Positions 24,394 to 36,971 of a stretch of 64,000 nt of DNA are shown piece by piece (the stretch's first letter is position 1; every line of letters starts with the position of its first letter). The position numbers and the translations under genes were made by a program. This DNA is from Octopus vulgaris (Eukaryota): NCBI GenBank assembly GCA_951406725.2, contig OX597814.1, forward strand, positions 7,006,001-7,070,000, in the 5' to 3' direction. The notes under the pieces were generated by a model. That model worked only from the letters and a program-made list of their open reading frames with translations, made no database searches and was not told the DNA's origin.

Positions 24394-25652
24394 CAGTCAG
24401 TGTTCAGATAAATTTGACAGTGCATAAAAGGAAAAGAATGTACAATATCCCATGCAAAGATAAAAGTATTGTTTCAAAAAATCAAAAGAAGATCAACAAG
24501 ATTACGGCTGGGAGAGGACGGTTTACTCAAAGTCGCTGTCCTCAGCTTAGCATCATTGTTTCAAGACGGCTCCAGAACCTGGCGCATGCTTTCTCCACTG
24601 TGTCCTGGGAAGGTCGTCAAATACCTCCTTGCTCTTGGTCACCAGCTCTGCCCTGATGTTGCAGACAGAGCGATTGATGCATTTCTCAACTGCACCTCAC
24701 ACATAGATGAGATTACAATCAGGGATTGTAAGAGGTCAGAAATTAGGGCTGGTGCCATTTCTGATTCTTTCTGGAGGTTTAGCAACAATGCGAATCCTGC
24801 TTCCACACATGACTTTGCAGTAGCAACCTTCTCCAACCAGGGCATCATCACAGTCTCCAGCAGCCGACTAAGTTGAACCTAACACCCTGTTCAGAGATGT
24901 GGGGTGGCATGACGTTACCTTCCCTAAAAACACATCTAAAGACCATCGCAGTTTGGGGCAACTTGGTTTCATTGATATCCACGTCATGTCTTACAGCCTT
25001 TACAGAGTCCACAGTGGAGACACAATGGCCCAGTGGTTAGGGCAGCGGATTCGCGGTCATAGGATCGTGGTTTCAATTCCCAGACCGGGCGTTGTGAGTG
25101 TTTATTGAGCGAAAACACCTAAAAAAGCTCCACGAGGCTCCGGCAGGGGATGGTGGTGATCCCTTCTGTACTCTTTCACCACAACTTTCTCTCACTCTTA
25201 CTTCCTGTTTCTGTTGTACCTGTATTTCAAGGGGCCGGCCTTGTCACTCTCTGTGTCACGCTGAATATCTCCGAGGACTACGTTAAAGGTGCACGTGTCT
25301 GTGGAGTGCTCAGCCACTTACACGTTAATTTCACGAGCAGGCTGTTCCATTGATTCGGATCAACCGGAACCCTCATCGTCATAACCGACGGAGTGCTTCC
25401 ATCCACCGAGTCCACAGAGCATTGAATGGTAGTCAAGATGTCTGCATTTTGTCCCCTAGTATCAACCATCATGATACACGTAACTCTTTTCCAATATTCA
25501 GACGGGTTCCAGACGTCTATGACAGCTAAATTTTTCTCAATTGCAACTTCAGTTTTTATGTTCTCCAACGATATTGTTCGAGAATGTGCCAAGCTGTTCG
25601 TGGACGAAAAAAGGAGGTATAAAATCTCATCAAATTTAACTGGAACACCCTG
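24394..25652 (-). mobile_element. Decayed Tc1/mariner-superfamily element (maT/DD37D-like)
   Basis: Minus strand reads TKLPQTAMVF..VMPPHI...PWLEKVA...SPNF*PLTIPDCNLIYV*GAVEK...KACARFWSRLE; imperfect TIRs cagggtgttccagttaaatttga / cagtcagtgttcagataaatttga. Confidence 0.8.
25014..25407 (+). mobile_element. tRNA-derived SINE family C
   Basis: tggcccagtgg A box, ggtttcaattcc B box; TSD gagtccaca at 25005 and 25408. Confidence 0.92.
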
Positions 25653-26119
25653 CATGTGTGTGTGTGTGTGTGAAATATAAACAGAGCCTAACTGAAGAAA
25701 ACAATGGCCCACATAAACAGTGTTGTCAATCAAGTAAAAAAAAGAACTGAAGTTGATCTTCCATTTTCATTTTTACTCATTTGTGAAAACTGCTGTTGTC
25801 GTTTAGTGATAGGTTAACTCTGATCCAGTGGAACTATGATGAAAGCTATCCCAGCCATGACCAACCTGTCTTTTTTCTCAGTGTATTAAACTCCAGACTT
25901 CATTAACTATTGTTCTCTTTTCTAAGACGATGGCTTGCAATTTAAGGGAGATATTGATGCTGTTTAAACTATTAGGATGTTTTATAGCTCCATGGAACTT
26001 CTGGACAAAATCTGTGTCCAGAGTGAAGCTAATAATTTAGTGAATATGTCACATAGCGCTTCTTGTAATTGTATATAAAAATCTTAATTTAAACGAAAAT
26101 GTAATTTTATGTAATGACC

Positions 26120-26442
26120 CTGTGCCTGTGGCACCTGTGTCGGTGGCACATAAAAACACCATCCGAGCGTGGCCGTCTGCCAGCCTCGTCTGGCACCTGT
26201 GTCGGTGGCATATAAAAACACCATCCGAGCGTGGCCGTTCGCCAGCCTCGTCTGGCACCTGTGTCGGTGGCACATAAAATCACCCACTACACTCTCGGAG
26301 TGGTTGGCGTTAGGAAGGGCATCCAGCTGTAGAAACACTGCCAGATCTGACTGGCCTGGTGCAGCCTTCGGGCTCCCCAGACCCCAGTTGAACCGTCCAA
26401 CCCATGCTAGCATGGAAAACGGACGCTAAATGATGATGATGA
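26120..26442 (+). mobile_element. RTE-LINE 3' end (family D)
   Basis: 3 near-identical ~62-bp units, core and (gat)n. Confidence 0.9.
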
Positions 26443-26610
26443 CCATAAATATTCCCTGAAGCTTCTCCTGTTTTATGAGATGAGACACTCAAAGACATGT
26501 CTACGAAATTTTCTTCTGATAGCGATCTATTATAGGTTTCTATGACTCATAAAATACCATCCACACATAAAATCACTTTTTTGTGTGTGAAGAAAGATGT
26601 TTTACCTAGA

Positions 26611-26830
26611 GTCATCATGATCATCATCATTGACGTCATCATCATCATCATTGACGTCATCATCATCATCATTGACATCATCATCATCATCATTGACGTC
26701 ATCATCATCATCATCATTGACGTCATTATCATCATCATTGACGTCATCATCATCATCATTGACGTCATCATCATCATCATTGACGTCATCATCATCATCA
26801 TTGACGTCATTATCATCATCATCATCATTT
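26611..26830. repeat. 21-bp minisatellite containing TGACGTCA (CRE) sites
   Basis: TGACGTCA at 26631, 26652, 26694, 26718, 26739, 26760, 26781 and 26802; variant TGACATCA at 26673. Confidence 0.95.
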
Positions 26831-27396
26831 CTATCAACAACAACAATGTCATTTAATGTCTGTTTTTATGTTGGTTTGAGCCGGACAGTTTAACAGGATC
26901 TGGTAAGCCAAAGGACTGCACCAGGCTCCTGTTGCCTATTTTGGCATGGTTTCTGCGACTGGATGCCCTTCCTAACGCTAACCGCTTTACAGAGTAAATT
27001 TCAAAAATTCCTAGAGCTCATAAACGAGATAACCACATACTGCTTCTACATGCACAGATATAATGAATCTTTCTAGCAATGTTATTCATACCAATATTGT
27101 CTTTCTTGCGCTCATCATTCATCTGTGAACTTAACCAAAATATTTATTCTATCTTCACAGTAGTTTATCTTCCCCAAGATCGGTTAACGGACTTAGAGGG
27201 GTGCAATCTGCATCTCAGATACAAAAATATAATGATAAAATAATTCCTAAAATACTTGGCAAACATTTTGAAATGCAGAAAATTGAAAATAAAAACAGGA
27301 GTTGAATAAAATATGTGAATCCCTTTGAAATTATGGCTTGTTTTTAAATTTAATGCCTTTGATACCATTTTAGAGTCTACTTTTCGATGCTTTGAT

Positions 27397-28517
27397 GGGT
27401 GAGACAAGACAAGATAGAATTTGACAGGTGAGACAAGATATGATAGAATTTGACAGGTGAGACAAGACAAGATAGAATTTGACAGGTGAGACAAGACAAG
27501 ATAGAATTTGACAGGTGAGACAAGACAAGATAGAATTTGACAGGTGAGACAAGACAAGATAGAATTTGACAGGTGAGACAAGACAAGATAGAATTTGACA
27601 GGTGAGACAAGACAAGATAGAATTTGACAGGTGAGACAAGACAAGATAGAATTTGACAGGTGAGACAAGACAAGATAGAATTTGACAGGTGAGACAAGAC
27701 AAGATAGAATTTGACAGGTGAGACAAGACAAGATAGAATTTGACAGGTGAGACAAGACAAGATAGAATTTGACAGGTGAGACAAGACAAGATAGAATTTG
27801 ACAGGTGAGACAAGACAAGATAGAATTTGACAGGTGAGACAAGGCAAGATAGAATTTGACAGGTGAGACAAGACAAGATAGAATTTGACAGGTGAGACAA
27901 GACAAGATAGAATTTGACAGGTGAGACAAGACAAGATAGAATTTGACAGGTGAGACAAGACAAGATAGAATTTGACAGGTGAGACAAGACAAGATAGAAT
28001 TTGACAGGTGAGACAAGACAAGATAGAATTTGACAAGTGAGACAAGACAAGATAGAATTTGACAGGTGAGACAAGACAAGATAGAATTTGACAGGTGAGA
28101 CAAGGCAAGATAGAATTTGACAGGTGAGACAAGACAAGATAGAATTTGACAGGTGAGACAAGACAAGATAGAATTTGACAGGTGAGACAAGACAAGATAG
28201 AATTTGACAGGTGAGACAAGACAAGATAGAATTTGACAGGTGAGACAAGACAAGATAGAATTTGACAGGTGAGACAAGACAAGATAGAATTTGACAGGTG
28301 AGACAAGATATGATAGAATTTGACAGGTGAGACAAGACAAGATAGAATTTGACAGGTGAGACAAGACAAGATAGAATTTGACAGGTGAGACAAGACAAGA
28401 TAGAATTTGACAGGTGAGACAAGACAAGATAGAATTTGACAGGTGAGACAAGACAAGATAGAATTTGACAGGTGAGACAAGACAAGATAGAATTTGACAG
28501 GTGAGACAAGACAAGAC
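27397..28517. repeat. 29-bp tandem satellite, about 38 copies
   Basis: Unit gacaggtgagacaagacaagatagaattt, nearly invariant, no spacers. Confidence 0.97.
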
Positions 28518-29405
28518 GGAACAGATAAATGTCCTCCTTGTCACCAGTCCTCACCTGTTTCCAAGCAAAATAATAATTCCTTCAGCCCATCAAACAACAA
28601 ACTGCTTGGAATTGTTTTTACTGAGAGCTGCAAATAAACGTCACCGTTTGCGTGGAAAGTGATTCATTGCTTTACAATCACCATTCACACATCAATACAA
28701 GGGAATATTAACTCAGTCACACACACACCCATGTAATATCTAATCTGGTATTCTTTTGAGCAACCACGTGTATATTTTTACATGTTCATCAGTGGAGAAT
28801 CAAATTTTGTTGGACTTCATTAAGGAACATCACCAAACATCAATTCTGTGCAAAAAGTAGATAACTTGTCTTTATTATTATTACATGAAAGACTCTTTGT
28901 CAGTTCTTATCTCTAAATTACAGCTTTTATTTTATTTATTAAACTTCTATTCAACTAAGATTTCAGGAACCAAAACTAAATATTTTTATATTTGTGTTAC
29001 AGATCAGTTATTATAGATATTTTTCATGATTTTGTAAGTTTTCAAAATATGTCTGATGTTTAAGATCCCTTATCTATAACAGACAAAAGTTTTGTTTGTG
29101 AATATCTGGCATTATATTATAAATAAAATTGGTTTTCTTACTTCAGAGAATAAGCCATTTCACTTAGAACCAAAAAGTTACAGATTCTAATTCTGTTATC
29201 CTAAAGTTGGTTATTTCAATATTAAACCTTGTCAAGTAAATAAATTGCTCTGCTCTGCTTACCATTCTTTTATTCTACCTTCCTAATTTCATGTATTGTT
29301 CTCTGATAAACTGCTTTTAACTTCAAAGACCAAAGCACCTCACAGTATTTGAAAGTTAACTAAAATGAGTTGAGAGTTCCAAGGAACTGGGGTTTTATAT
29401 AATCA

Positions 29406-29704
29406 CTAGCAGTATCGCCCGGCGTTGCTCGGGTTTGTAAGGGAAATAACTATATAAGCATTTTTAGGGAGTTACTTCCCTTATATAATAGCATAAAAAT
29501 GCATTAAAAATGGGAAAAAATTATGGTAAATTTTTTTTTAAATCGAAGACTCATCGTAGATGCATGCTAGTACCCAGAAGGGCTTGATATGAATCACGAC
29601 TATAAGATACCTGCTTTTGGTTAAACTGCACCGCAAAATGTGGGAGTAGTTAGGAATCTAAATCGTAGGAGACAGACACACAACTTGACTTTTATATATA
29701 AAGA
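29406..29704 (-). mobile_element. Non-autonomous Helitron
   Basis: Minus strand a|TC...cccgagcaacgccggg hairpin...CTAG|t. Confidence 0.85.
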
Positions 29705-29998
29705 TAACCTAATATCAATTTCTGCTTATTTCATTATTGTATAAACTTTAATTACTTCTGTTAATAAACTTCTTTAGTATGATTGCTTTAATTACTTACA
29801 TGATTATCTTCAGATTTATTGTTAACTTTAAAATTTGCCGTTATGGGGTTATTGCTATTAGTTGCCTTCCTCACATCACTCTCTCCTTTCTGACCACTCA
29901 ATTTGGGTTTAGATCCAGAGTTTGGATTATTATATGTGTCTATATTATTCTGCAATATGTTCTTAGGCTTGCCATGGTTAATTACAGTATAGCAAGTA

Positions 29999-31244
29999 TT
30001 GAGTCATCCCATAAATAATGCGGTTTTCTTATACTTTTATTTTTCATAATTAAGATAAACAAAGTATTTTTCAATCTAAAATATACTCTCCTTCATTTTC
30101 TACAATGCTCTTCCATCTCTCTGGTAGACTTGCAAGACCCCTCTTCCAAAATTCACTTGTCTGTGAGGAAAAATACTCCTCCAGTACTGTTCTGACCTCG
30201 TCTGTAGAATTAATATTTTTCCATCCAAATCATTTTGACGACTGCAGAATAAATGATAATCAGATGGGGCAATGTCCAGCGAATATGGTGGCTGGAGCAT
30301 TGTTTCTCATTCAGGCAGCTCCAACCTTTGGAATGTTATCCTCGCTGTATGTGGCCGAGCATCATCCTGATGGAAGAGCATCTTTCTTCTTGCAACCAAA
30401 GATGGTCATTTTTCTTCTGGTGCTGACTTAAGCTACTCAAGCTGCTTACAGTAGATTTCATTTGTTATCATTTGGTTTGGGTTTAAAAGTTCAAAGTGGA
30501 CTAAACCTTTCATATCCCACCAAAGAAATAACAACACCTTACGTGGGTGAAGACCTTCTTTAGTCTGGGATGCTGGCGTTTTTCCTTTCCCTACCCACAG
30601 TCTTCGGCATTTGATATTTTTATAGAGAACACATTTCTCCCCACCAGTCACTATATGGTTCAAAAAAGGTCTATTCATGAGACATGACAGCAAAGAAGAG
30701 CACTCATTCACTCTCTGCATGCGATTAAACTTGCAAAGTTTGTGAGGAACCCACTGACCCAATTTGTGAGGAAGCCATTGACGCAGGTGTCGATGAATGG
30801 TTCAATGACCAAATCCAAGCTTCTCTGCTAGTTCCTCAACAGTAACGATGGGATTTTGTCTGACCAGGATTTGCAGAATGTCCTCATCGAGCTCTACAGA
30901 TCTTCCAGTATGAGGCTCATCTTTTAGGCCGTAGTTACCGGCTCAGAATTTCTGGAACTGCTGTTGACACCATAGACTGCATTACTATTCCTCACACTTT
31001 CCATTGCGTTGTTGCCTTTATTGAACTCGTAAAGCAAAATATGCTCCTTTGTCACTTACATTATAGATTTGGAAAAATAATTGTTAAAATCAAACTGCAC
31101 ACTTCAAAACTTGTACTAAGAATAAGGACAAGGTAAAATTACTAACTACTTTTATAGCACGTTGATGCAGTTAGTTAATCCCACCCCGCTCCAACTTTTA
31201 GTTATGCAATTGAAAAAAACCGCATTATTTATGGGATGACCCAA
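29999..31244 (-). mobile_element. Full-length decayed mariner (DD34D)
   Basis: ~28-bp TIRs ttg(a/g)gtcatcccataaataatgcggtttt, TA TSD, WVPHKL and YSLDIAPSDYHLF motifs, several stops and frameshifts. Confidence 0.95.
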
Positions 31245-31368
31245 TATATGTTCACAATTTGTCTTCCTTTAAGTATCTAAATATTAGCCCATTCGCTGTG
31301 TTTTCTACAAGTGATTACACGACTTGCTCACATGATGGTCCGGTCCTTCTAGCTTTATGCGGGCTATC

Positions 31369-31468
31369 NNNNNNNNNNNNNNNNNNNNNNNNNNNNNNNN
31401 NNNNNNNNNNNNNNNNNNNNNNNNNNNNNNNNNNNNNNNNNNNNNNNNNNNNNNNNNNNNNNNNNNNN
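31369..31468. other. Assembly gap (100 N)
   Basis: Run of N. Confidence 1.
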
Positions 31469-31479
31469 ACATACATACA

Positions 31480-32300
31480 TAGCTGAATCACTTCCAGAAC
31501 CAGAGAAGATTATAACCAAATCGTTTCTGGAACTTGAGAAGAAATTCCAGGTGTGGAAACAAGATCTAGAATCAAAGGTGCCTTAAGAGTTAATCTAGCA
31601 AAAACCAAATTCTTAGTATGTTGGAAAGCGGACAAATCTCAAATCCCTTCAGGTAGCTGACCCTGCTCGATCTGTAGAAAAGGCTTAGGTAGAAACTCCA
31701 TAAGATGCACCCAGTGTAAGCTATGGACACATAAGAGGTGCAACAACATCAGAGGAAGGTTAACAGGGAAAATAGTTTTTGTGTGTGGAAGGTGCACAGG
31801 TACAACAAGCACTGAAAATGTACAGAAAATAGACTTCATCAAATGCCAGTGGGGAAAACTAGAAGTAGTTGATAGCTTTCATTATCTAGGTGACCAAGTC
31901 AACAATGAGGTGGATGCTCCAAGAGTGTAGCTGCTAGAATAAGAATAGGCTGTGCAAAGTTCCTGCATCTGTTGGTAACAAAGGGCCTCTCCCTCAGAGT
32001 GAAAGGCAGATTGTATGATGCCTGTGTGTGAACAGCCATGCTACATGGCAGTGAAACATGGGCTGTGACCACCAAAGATATGTACAGGCCTGAAAGAAAT
32101 GAAGCTAGTATGTTTTACTGGATGTGCAATGTCAGTGTGAATGCACAAGAGTGTAAGCATCTTGAGAGAAAAGTTGGGCATAAGAGGCATCAGATGTAGT
32201 GTGCAAGAGAGACAACTGCACTGGTGTGGTCATGTGATGTGTAAGGATGAGGACAGCAGTGTAAAGAAGTGCCAATCTCTAACTGTGGAGGGAACCTGTT
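31480..32300 (+). mobile_element. RTE LINE ORF remnant with a PHD finger inside the RT
   Basis: RVNLAKTKFLV...CSIC..CTQC..HKRC..CGRC...LEVVDSFHYLG...SLRVKGRLYDACV..LHGSETW...LHWCGHV. Confidence 0.9.
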
Positions 32301-32355
32301 CATATTATAGTATTTTATTTCTAATACAATTTTTTTTTTTTTTAATTAATAATAT

Positions 32356-33290
32356 AACAAGGGCCTCTTGCTCAGAGTGAAAGGCAGACTGTACTACGCA
32401 TGTGTGCAAACAGCCATGCTACACAGCAGTGAAACATGGACTGTGACTGCTGAGGACATGTGTAAGCTGGCAAGAAATGAAGCTAATAAGCTCCACTCGA
32501 TGTGTAACATCAGTGTAGATACACGACAGAGTGTAAGCACCCTGAGAGAAATGTTGGACATGAGAAGCATCGTACATGGTGTGCAAGAGAGACGTTTGCA
32601 TTGGTATGGTGATGTGTTGTGTATGGATGAGGACACCTGTGTGAAAAAGTGTCACACCCTAAGAGTGGAGGAAACCTGTGGAAGAAGTAGACATAGGAAG
32701 ACCTGGGATGCGGTGGTGAAGCACAACTTTCGAGTGTTGAACTTCACAGAGGCAATGACAAGTGACCAAGACCTTTGGAGATATGCTGCGCTTGAGAAGA
32801 CCCAGCAAGCCAAGTGAGACTATGACCGTGACCTATGCCAGTGTAGCATAACTGACCCATTTAAGAGTACCCTTCAATCATTGGGCAATAAGCTGTCCTT
32901 GAAAAGGCCTGTTGAGTCAAGGGAAATCATTGTCGTGGCTGATGTCAGTACTGCCTAACTGGCACCCATGCCGGTGGCACGTAAAAAGCACCATTCAAGC
33001 ATGATTGATGCCAGTCACACCAGACTGGCTCTTGTGCCGATGGCACATAAAAAGCATCTTCTGAGCATGGTTGATGCCAGTGCCGCCTAACTGGCCCGCA
33101 TGCTGGTGACATGTAAAAAGCACCCACTACACTCATGGAGAAGTTGGCATTAGAAAGGGGATCCAGCTGTAGAAACTCTGCCAGATCAGATTGGAGTCTG
33201 GTGCAGCCACCTGGTTCGCCAGTCCTCAGTTAAACCGTCCAACCCATGCCAGCATGGAAAGCAGATGTTAAACGATGGTGATGATGATGA
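32356..33290 (+). mobile_element. Second RTE LINE 3' fragment (ORF end, 3' UTR and tail)
   Basis: LRVKGRLYYACVQTAMLHSSETW...RLHWYGDV...GRSRHRKTW...EKTQQAK*, hairpin array, D core, (gat)n. Confidence 0.9.
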
Positions 33291-34499
33291 GGAGGAGGAG
33301 GGGTATTTGGGGTGAATTTATTAGTTTAAGAAGAACTAGTATAAGACACAAGTGAGAATATGTGTGCGTATGTGTGTGTGCATATGAGAAGTGTGTGAGT
33401 GTATGTGTGTGTGCATATGAGAAGTGTGTGAGTGTATATAGATATGTGTATGTGTGTATGAGTGTGTATGTGTGTGCTAGTAAGATGAGCATATCCCTGT
33501 GTATGTGTGTGAGTGAGAGTATGTCCCTGTGTGTGTGTGTGTGTGGGTGTGAGAATGTGTACATAACCACAATACCATCCAACATGTTGAAGCAGACCTC
33601 TGCTGTAAGAATCCCTCAGCTTCTATTTATATTGTTAAATCGCAAAACATTGTTCTATGCAGTGAAGCTAGAAAATTAAGGAAAATAATGTTTTATCATT
33701 CATAAAAAAAAAAAACCAGCCAGAAATCACTTTTAAATAAAAACTTTTCTGCTTAAAGGATTGTAATATAACGAATTCTATGGTGTTGAAAGATAATTAA
33801 TGATGCAGAACAATAAAAAAAATATGTTTATTTAATATTTCAGATTTAATAATTTCTAAACTGAAAACTATGCAATGTGAAACCACCCCCCATACATAAG
33901 ACTTAACGATGACTCTATACATGATAAAGACGGAGCGGATTTGGTTGTGTGCAAGTCTGTCTTGTTATGTGGCTTTAACTCTAATTTCCCATTTTTACAA
34001 CAGCAAGAAGGGGAAGTGAGATAAATAATCCCATGGATAGGAAGCTAAGTAAGCACAACTAACTTTTCCACGAAAGCATTTTGGTGTTCTGCTTCTGTAA
34101 CAAGTTGAGGTTAATGGGGGTGACCCCACCCTCCTCAGATCCTTCCACACTTGTTCTCTTACTCAAACAATTGGCGCAAATAAAATGGTTTGTTTTTAGG
34201 AACTTTGAAACATTTGTTACTGATGTTACTGCTACTATGATGATGATGAAATTAGTGGTGGTGGCCATGGATAGAGGCGGTGATGATGACAGCAATGGTG
34301 ATGATGATGATAATGGTGATTAAGGTGGTGCTGCTATTGCTGCTGATGATGATGATGATGATGGAACTTCTAACAATTTTTACTCGTTTCTTACCAAAGA
34401 TAACAGTGTCAATGTTAATTGTTTCATGAGAATAAATTAATTAGAGTTGACCTACTTATAATTATGACCTTTTTTATAATTATGATGAGAAGATATTTT

Positions 34500-34888
34500 T
34501 TCAAGTGTTGGGCCTCAGGGAAGCAATGACCGAGACCTTTGGCATTATGTCATGCTTGAGAAGAAGGCCCCTCAAACCAAGCAAAATCACAGTCATGGCA
34601 GACACCAGTGCCATGCAAACTGGCACCTGTGCCAGTGGCATGTGCTAAAAGAATTGAGCGAGGTCATTGCCAGTACCGCCTGACTGGCTCCATGCCAGTG
34701 GCATGTAAAAAGCACCCACTACACTCTTGGAGTGGTTGGCGTTAGGAAGGGCATCCAGCTGTAGAAACTCTGCCGGATCAAGATTGGAGCCTGGTGCAGC
34801 CTTCTGGCTTCCCAGACCCCAGTAGAACCATCCAACCCATGCTAGCATGGAAAGCAGACATTAAACGATGATGATGATGATGATGATG

Positions 34889-34890
<2 letters not shown>
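34500..34890 (+). mobile_element. RTE LINE 3' end with shortened UTR
   Basis: gcaatgaccgagacctttgg...cttgagaagaag ORF end, 2 units, D core, (gat)n, then (TA)n. Confidence 0.85.
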
Positions 34891-34930
<40 letters not shown>

Positions 34931-35144
34931 CTATATATGAAGTAAAAGTAGTGCTAATATAATAAATATTATTCAATATTATTATCCTAATGTATGTGCT
35001 TTGTGTATCTCTCAGCATTTGCAACTGCTCGAAAATACCCAAAGCATATCTACATTAGTAAATGTATTTCACAATATTTATTATAGTAGAGCTGCTTTTA
35101 CTTAATGTGTAAATTTTCCCTTGGGTATGCAATTTCCAGGTATA

Positions 35145-35372
35145 CCTATTTCTTTACTACCCACAAGGGGCTAAACAAAGAGAGGACAAACAAGGACGGA
35201 CAAACGGATTAAGTCGATCATATCGACCCCAGTGCGTAACTGGTACTTATTTAATCGACCCCGAAAGGATGAAAGGCAAAGTCGACCTCGGCGGAATTTG
35301 AACTTAGAACGTAGCGACAGATGAAATACTGATGATCATTTCGCCCGACGTGCTAACGATTCTCCCAGCTCG
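35145..35372 (-). mobile_element. SINE family B
   Basis: Matches 39845-40081. Confidence 0.9.
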
Positions 35373-35699
35373 TGATTCTACAAGCTGTGAGCCTACATGT
35401 CGTTGAAATGGCTGGCTGACTTGCCTTCAGCCCAGACGATTAGGTGGTATTGATAAGCCACAAAAATTGGTGAAACCTCGATGTCCATCTCTCATTCATA
35501 GCCCATATCTTATAGTGATGCTGTGGTCCCAATTCGCCAAATTCTCTTTACCAATTTCAGATAACATCCTTCATTCTCCGAATTTTCGTCATTACAACAA
35601 AACACTCTCTCTCCAATTTCACATCAAACTGCTTCACCATATTTTCTAGAACTTGCTATTGTCGTCAAGAATTAGCTCTGAGTCAACTTTGATTCAATG

Positions 35700-36087
35700 C
35701 GTGGAAGCACTCCGTCGGTTACGACGATGAGGGTTCCGGTTGATCTGAATAAACGGAACAGCCTGCTCGTGAAATTAACATGTAAGTGGCTGAGCACTCC
35801 ACAGACACGTGCACCCTTAACGTAGTTCTCGGGGATATTCAGCATGACACAGAGAGTGACAAGGCTGGCCCTTTGAAATACAGGTACAACAGAAACAGGA
35901 AGTAAGAGTGAGAGAAAGTTATGGTGAAAGAGTACAGCAGGGATCACCACCATCCCCTGCCGGAGCCTCGTGGAACTTTTAGGTGTTTTCGCTCAATAAA
36001 CACTCACAACACCCGGTCTGGGAATCGAAACCGCGATCCTATGACCGCGAGTCCGCTGCCCTAACCACTGGGCCATTGTGCCTCCAC
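35700..36087 (-). mobile_element. SINE family C
   Basis: Full length; TSD tttgattcaat. Confidence 0.92.
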
Positions 36088-36971
36088 TTTGATTCAATAC
36101 ACTATATGGCAATCAACATTCCAACAATGACCACCTCATCTTTTTTTTGATTCAATACACTTTATGGCAATCAACATTCCAACAATGACCACCTCATCTT
36201 TTTCTTACCGACAGTGTTTCTTGTGTTATGCTAACCAATGTATCTTACTTTTTCAAAAAGTAAGGTGTAATTTGAGGAATGTTTAGCTGCTATTTCTAGC
36301 ATGTTGAGCAACCATCATATAGTAGTTCTCTTAATTGATTCATTAATATTTCTGTTAATGAAGAAAATTGTGGAAAAAGATGATATTTTCCAGCAGTTGA
36401 AGATGAAAGTTTGGATTAAACATAATGGCTGTGGAATTGGTGAAGGGAATTTAGTGAAGAATATTTGAATTGAAATGGGTTTTAAACTTCCCAAACTGGA
36501 TTAAGAATTTTAAAATTTCATTATGAGTAATTAAAGACTTTACAGTTTAATTTGTTATATATTAACAAATAGACAAACAATTAATTCTGAGTTTCTGCCT
36601 GGCCATGGGTGTATTACTTCCACACCATAAAACGTGTTTATAGGGAGAAAAATACTGAAAAATATCAATATATGTGAGAGAGAGAGACAAAGAAACAAGG
36701 AAGGTGGTCGTGTGATATGCTAAGAACAACAGCCAAATCTCCCCTAAATTACACACCTTTTCACCTGAATATATTTGCAGGTTTTTTTTTTTTTTTTCAC
36801 TAAAAGGGCTTCTTGCAAGGTTTTTAAGTCTGTAGTGACAAAAACAAAATTGGTCCAAATTGGTCCAGATTGGGGTGGTGAAAAGATGAAGTGAAAAAAA
36901 TCATAAATTTTCAAAAATTACAGAGATGTACTTGCATAGCAAGTGACCTGATCTGAGATCGTGTGCTGGAA

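Noticed and set aside
24469-24876. 135-aa plus-strand ORF as a host gene
   Set aside because: It is the antisense frame of a decayed transposase
27397-28517. CRISPR array, or 367-459-aa proteins
   Set aside because: Units are contiguous with no spacers and there are no cas genes; the ORFs arise only because the unit lacks stop codons
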